From positions 74,762,306 to 74,815,930 of the forward strand of contig NC_068983.1 of the NCBI RefSeq assembly GCF_001194135.2: a stretch of DNA of 53,625 bases, given 5' to 3'. A program made the position numbers and the translations under genes. The DNA comes from Octopus bimaculoides (taxonomy: Eukaryota). The notes beneath the pieces are model-generated. The model worked only from the letters and a program-made list of their open reading frames with translations, was not told where the DNA came from and searched no databases. Within the stretch, counting starts at the first letter, position 1. The number at the start of each line of letters is the position of its first letter. Shown one piece after another: positions 51,741 through 53,625 of this stretch.

Positions 51741-52167
51741 AAGAGGTATTACTAACTTGCTCGTGTGCGCACACACAAAACCACACCCATACATTGTAGC
51801 ATATCGTACGTGCAAAAGTGTTGTTCGCATGACTTAATACGTAAATATTAATACAGCATATCTGCATACAATATTTAGCAAAATGTATTTACTTGCTGTC
51901 ACCATAAAGAGATTATGTGCAGGCATGCAGTTGCCAAAGAACAAATAGAGAGTGAATGAGGTTCAGTAGAAGGAACGTGAAAGTTAGTGTAGTAAAGAAA
52001 TGTTTGCCTACCACTTGTGACAAAAGTATTGTCATCAGCAAACAAGAAGAAAGTCAGAAAAAGAGTTAAAACTAGAATGAGAAAGAAGGGGTGTAAAACG
52101 TTTGGAGGGGCAAGTGTTGAATAATCTATGATCCAAACTGCATGAGACTTTTATGCACACACACACA

Positions 52168-53180
52168 TCTATATCTATATTATATATAAAACAGAGATGT
52201 GTGTGTAATCGCTTATCACGTGAAAACGGCTTCAACATTTACTTCCATACTTGTGATGCAGGAATAATTTGACCTCGGATAAATCTTAGGCTCTTCATTT
52301 GATTTTTTTTATTAAGATAAATAATATTGCTTTATATTTAAGATTCACTTCTTTAAAAAGGTTCCTCAATGTCAACTTCCGGTAGCCATAGTTTTTTCTT
52401 CACTTTAACTTCAATCGTTACTGTTCGCACTAAAAGTTTACTCACATTTACTGATGTAAGTAATTTCATAATTTACTAACAGAAGTACGGTTTTCTGTTT
52501 CCCTGTTGCTGAGGGGTTTTTTTCTGGTAACTTCGATACTGGCTCTTTGGTTCACTGACTGACAAATTTCGCTTCAACCTCACTTTAACTTCAATCGTTN
52601 NNNNNNNNNNNNNNNNNNNNNNNNNNNNNNNNNNNNNNNNNNNNNNNNNNNNNNNNNATTATATATAAAACAGAGATGTGTGTGTAATCGCTTATCACGT
52701 GAAAACGGCTTCAACATTTACTTCCATACTTGTGATGCAGGAATAATTTGACCTCGGATAAATCTTAGGCTCTTCATTTGATTTTTTTTATTAAGATAAA
52801 TAATATTGCTTTATATTTAAGATTCACTTCTTTAAAAAGGTTCCTCAATGTCAACTTCCGGTAGCCATAGTTTTTTCTTCACTTTAACTTCAATCGTTAC
52901 TGTTCTCAATAAAAGTTTACGTTTTCAATCGCTAACAAGTTCACATTTACTGATGTCAGTAATTTCATCATTTACTAACAGAAGTACGGTTTCGTGTTTC
53001 CCTGTTGGTGAGGGTTTTTTTTTCTGGTACTTTCGATACTGGCTCTTTGGTTCACTGACTGACAAATTTCGCTTCAACCTCACTTTAACTTCAATCGTTA
53101 CTGTTCTCACTAACAGTTTACGTTTTCAATCGCTAACAACTTCACATTTACTGATGTAAGTAATTTCATAATTTACTAAC
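52168..53180 (+). mobile_element. Helitron 5' terminal region, present twice in tandem (52168-52599 and 52658-53099), with a ~200-bp internal repeat
   Basis: A|TCTATATCTATATTATATATAAAACAGAG resembles animal Helitron 5'-TC ends; lies immediately upstream of a PIF1 frame on the same strand. Confidence 0.6.
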
Positions 53181-53193
53181 CAGGATTAGGGTT

Positions 53194-53625
53194 AGTCACA
53201 AGTGGCTATGTGAAAGAACAATTCTGGCACCAAGGAATGATTCTGTAGACAAGCTGAATTTAAATTTGTTAACTCAGCTTCCAGGACCTGAATGTACATA
53301 CAGATCAATTAACTCTGACCCTGATCAAGAACAGGCAACGCATTACCCAGTGGAGTTCCTCAATTCACTTCAGCCACCAGGATTTCCACCACACATTCTG
53401 ATCGTGAAAATAGGTGCTCCCATAATGCTATTAAGAAACCTTGATGCACCCAGACTCTGCAATAGAACAAGGTTGGTTGTTAAAACAGCCATGCCCCATG
53501 TGTTGGAAGCAACAATAATTACAGGCAGCATGATGGGTGAGAATGTCTTCATTCCAAGGATACCTCTCATTTCAAATGATCTCCCCTTTCAGTTCAAGAG
53601 ACTGCAGTTTCCGGTCAAACTTACC
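53194..53625 (+). CDS. PIF1-family helicase C-terminal region of a Helitron RepHel protein (partial, no start codon, runs off the window)
   Basis: 144 stop-free codons: WLCERTILAPRNDSV, YPVEFLNSLQPPGFPPH, KIGAPIMLLRNLDAPRLCNRTRL, FIPRIPL, PFQFKRLQFPVKL; absent from the ORF track because it lacks both ATG and stop. Confidence 0.9.

Noticed and set aside
53185-53196. Telomeric seed TTAGGGTTAG at the Helitron internal junction
   Set aside because: Under two repeat units; expected by chance

Overview
AT-rich animal genomic DNA from a gapped short-read assembly. The SINE, LINE and microsatellite repertoire suggests an octopod cephalopod (inference). No host protein-coding exon could be supported; nearly all listed ORFs are microsatellite or N-gap artefacts, or antisense to transposon fragments. 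Contents: (1) at least 15 fragments of REL-endonuclease non-LTR retrotransposons (R4/Dong-like), most abutting (TAA)n on their own sense strand, including a same-strand train of about 8 segments at 10.5-15.3 kb with a stop-free 233-codon RT stretch; (2) about 20 copies of a tRNA-headed SINE with (ATT)n tails, lying antiparallel to the Dong-like pieces in shared microsatellites, plus three other SINE families; (3) a decayed Penelope-like element (RT + GIY-YIG) and five short motifs that fold as minimal or variant type I hammerhead ribozymes of the dimer-cleaving PLE kind; (4) an internally deleted RTE LINE inserted in a SINE; (5) Tc1/mariner remnants, a 430-bp foldback MITE and several hairpins; (6) a Helitron with an open PIF1 helicase frame running off the right edge. 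All calls are by eye; many boundaries are approximate.
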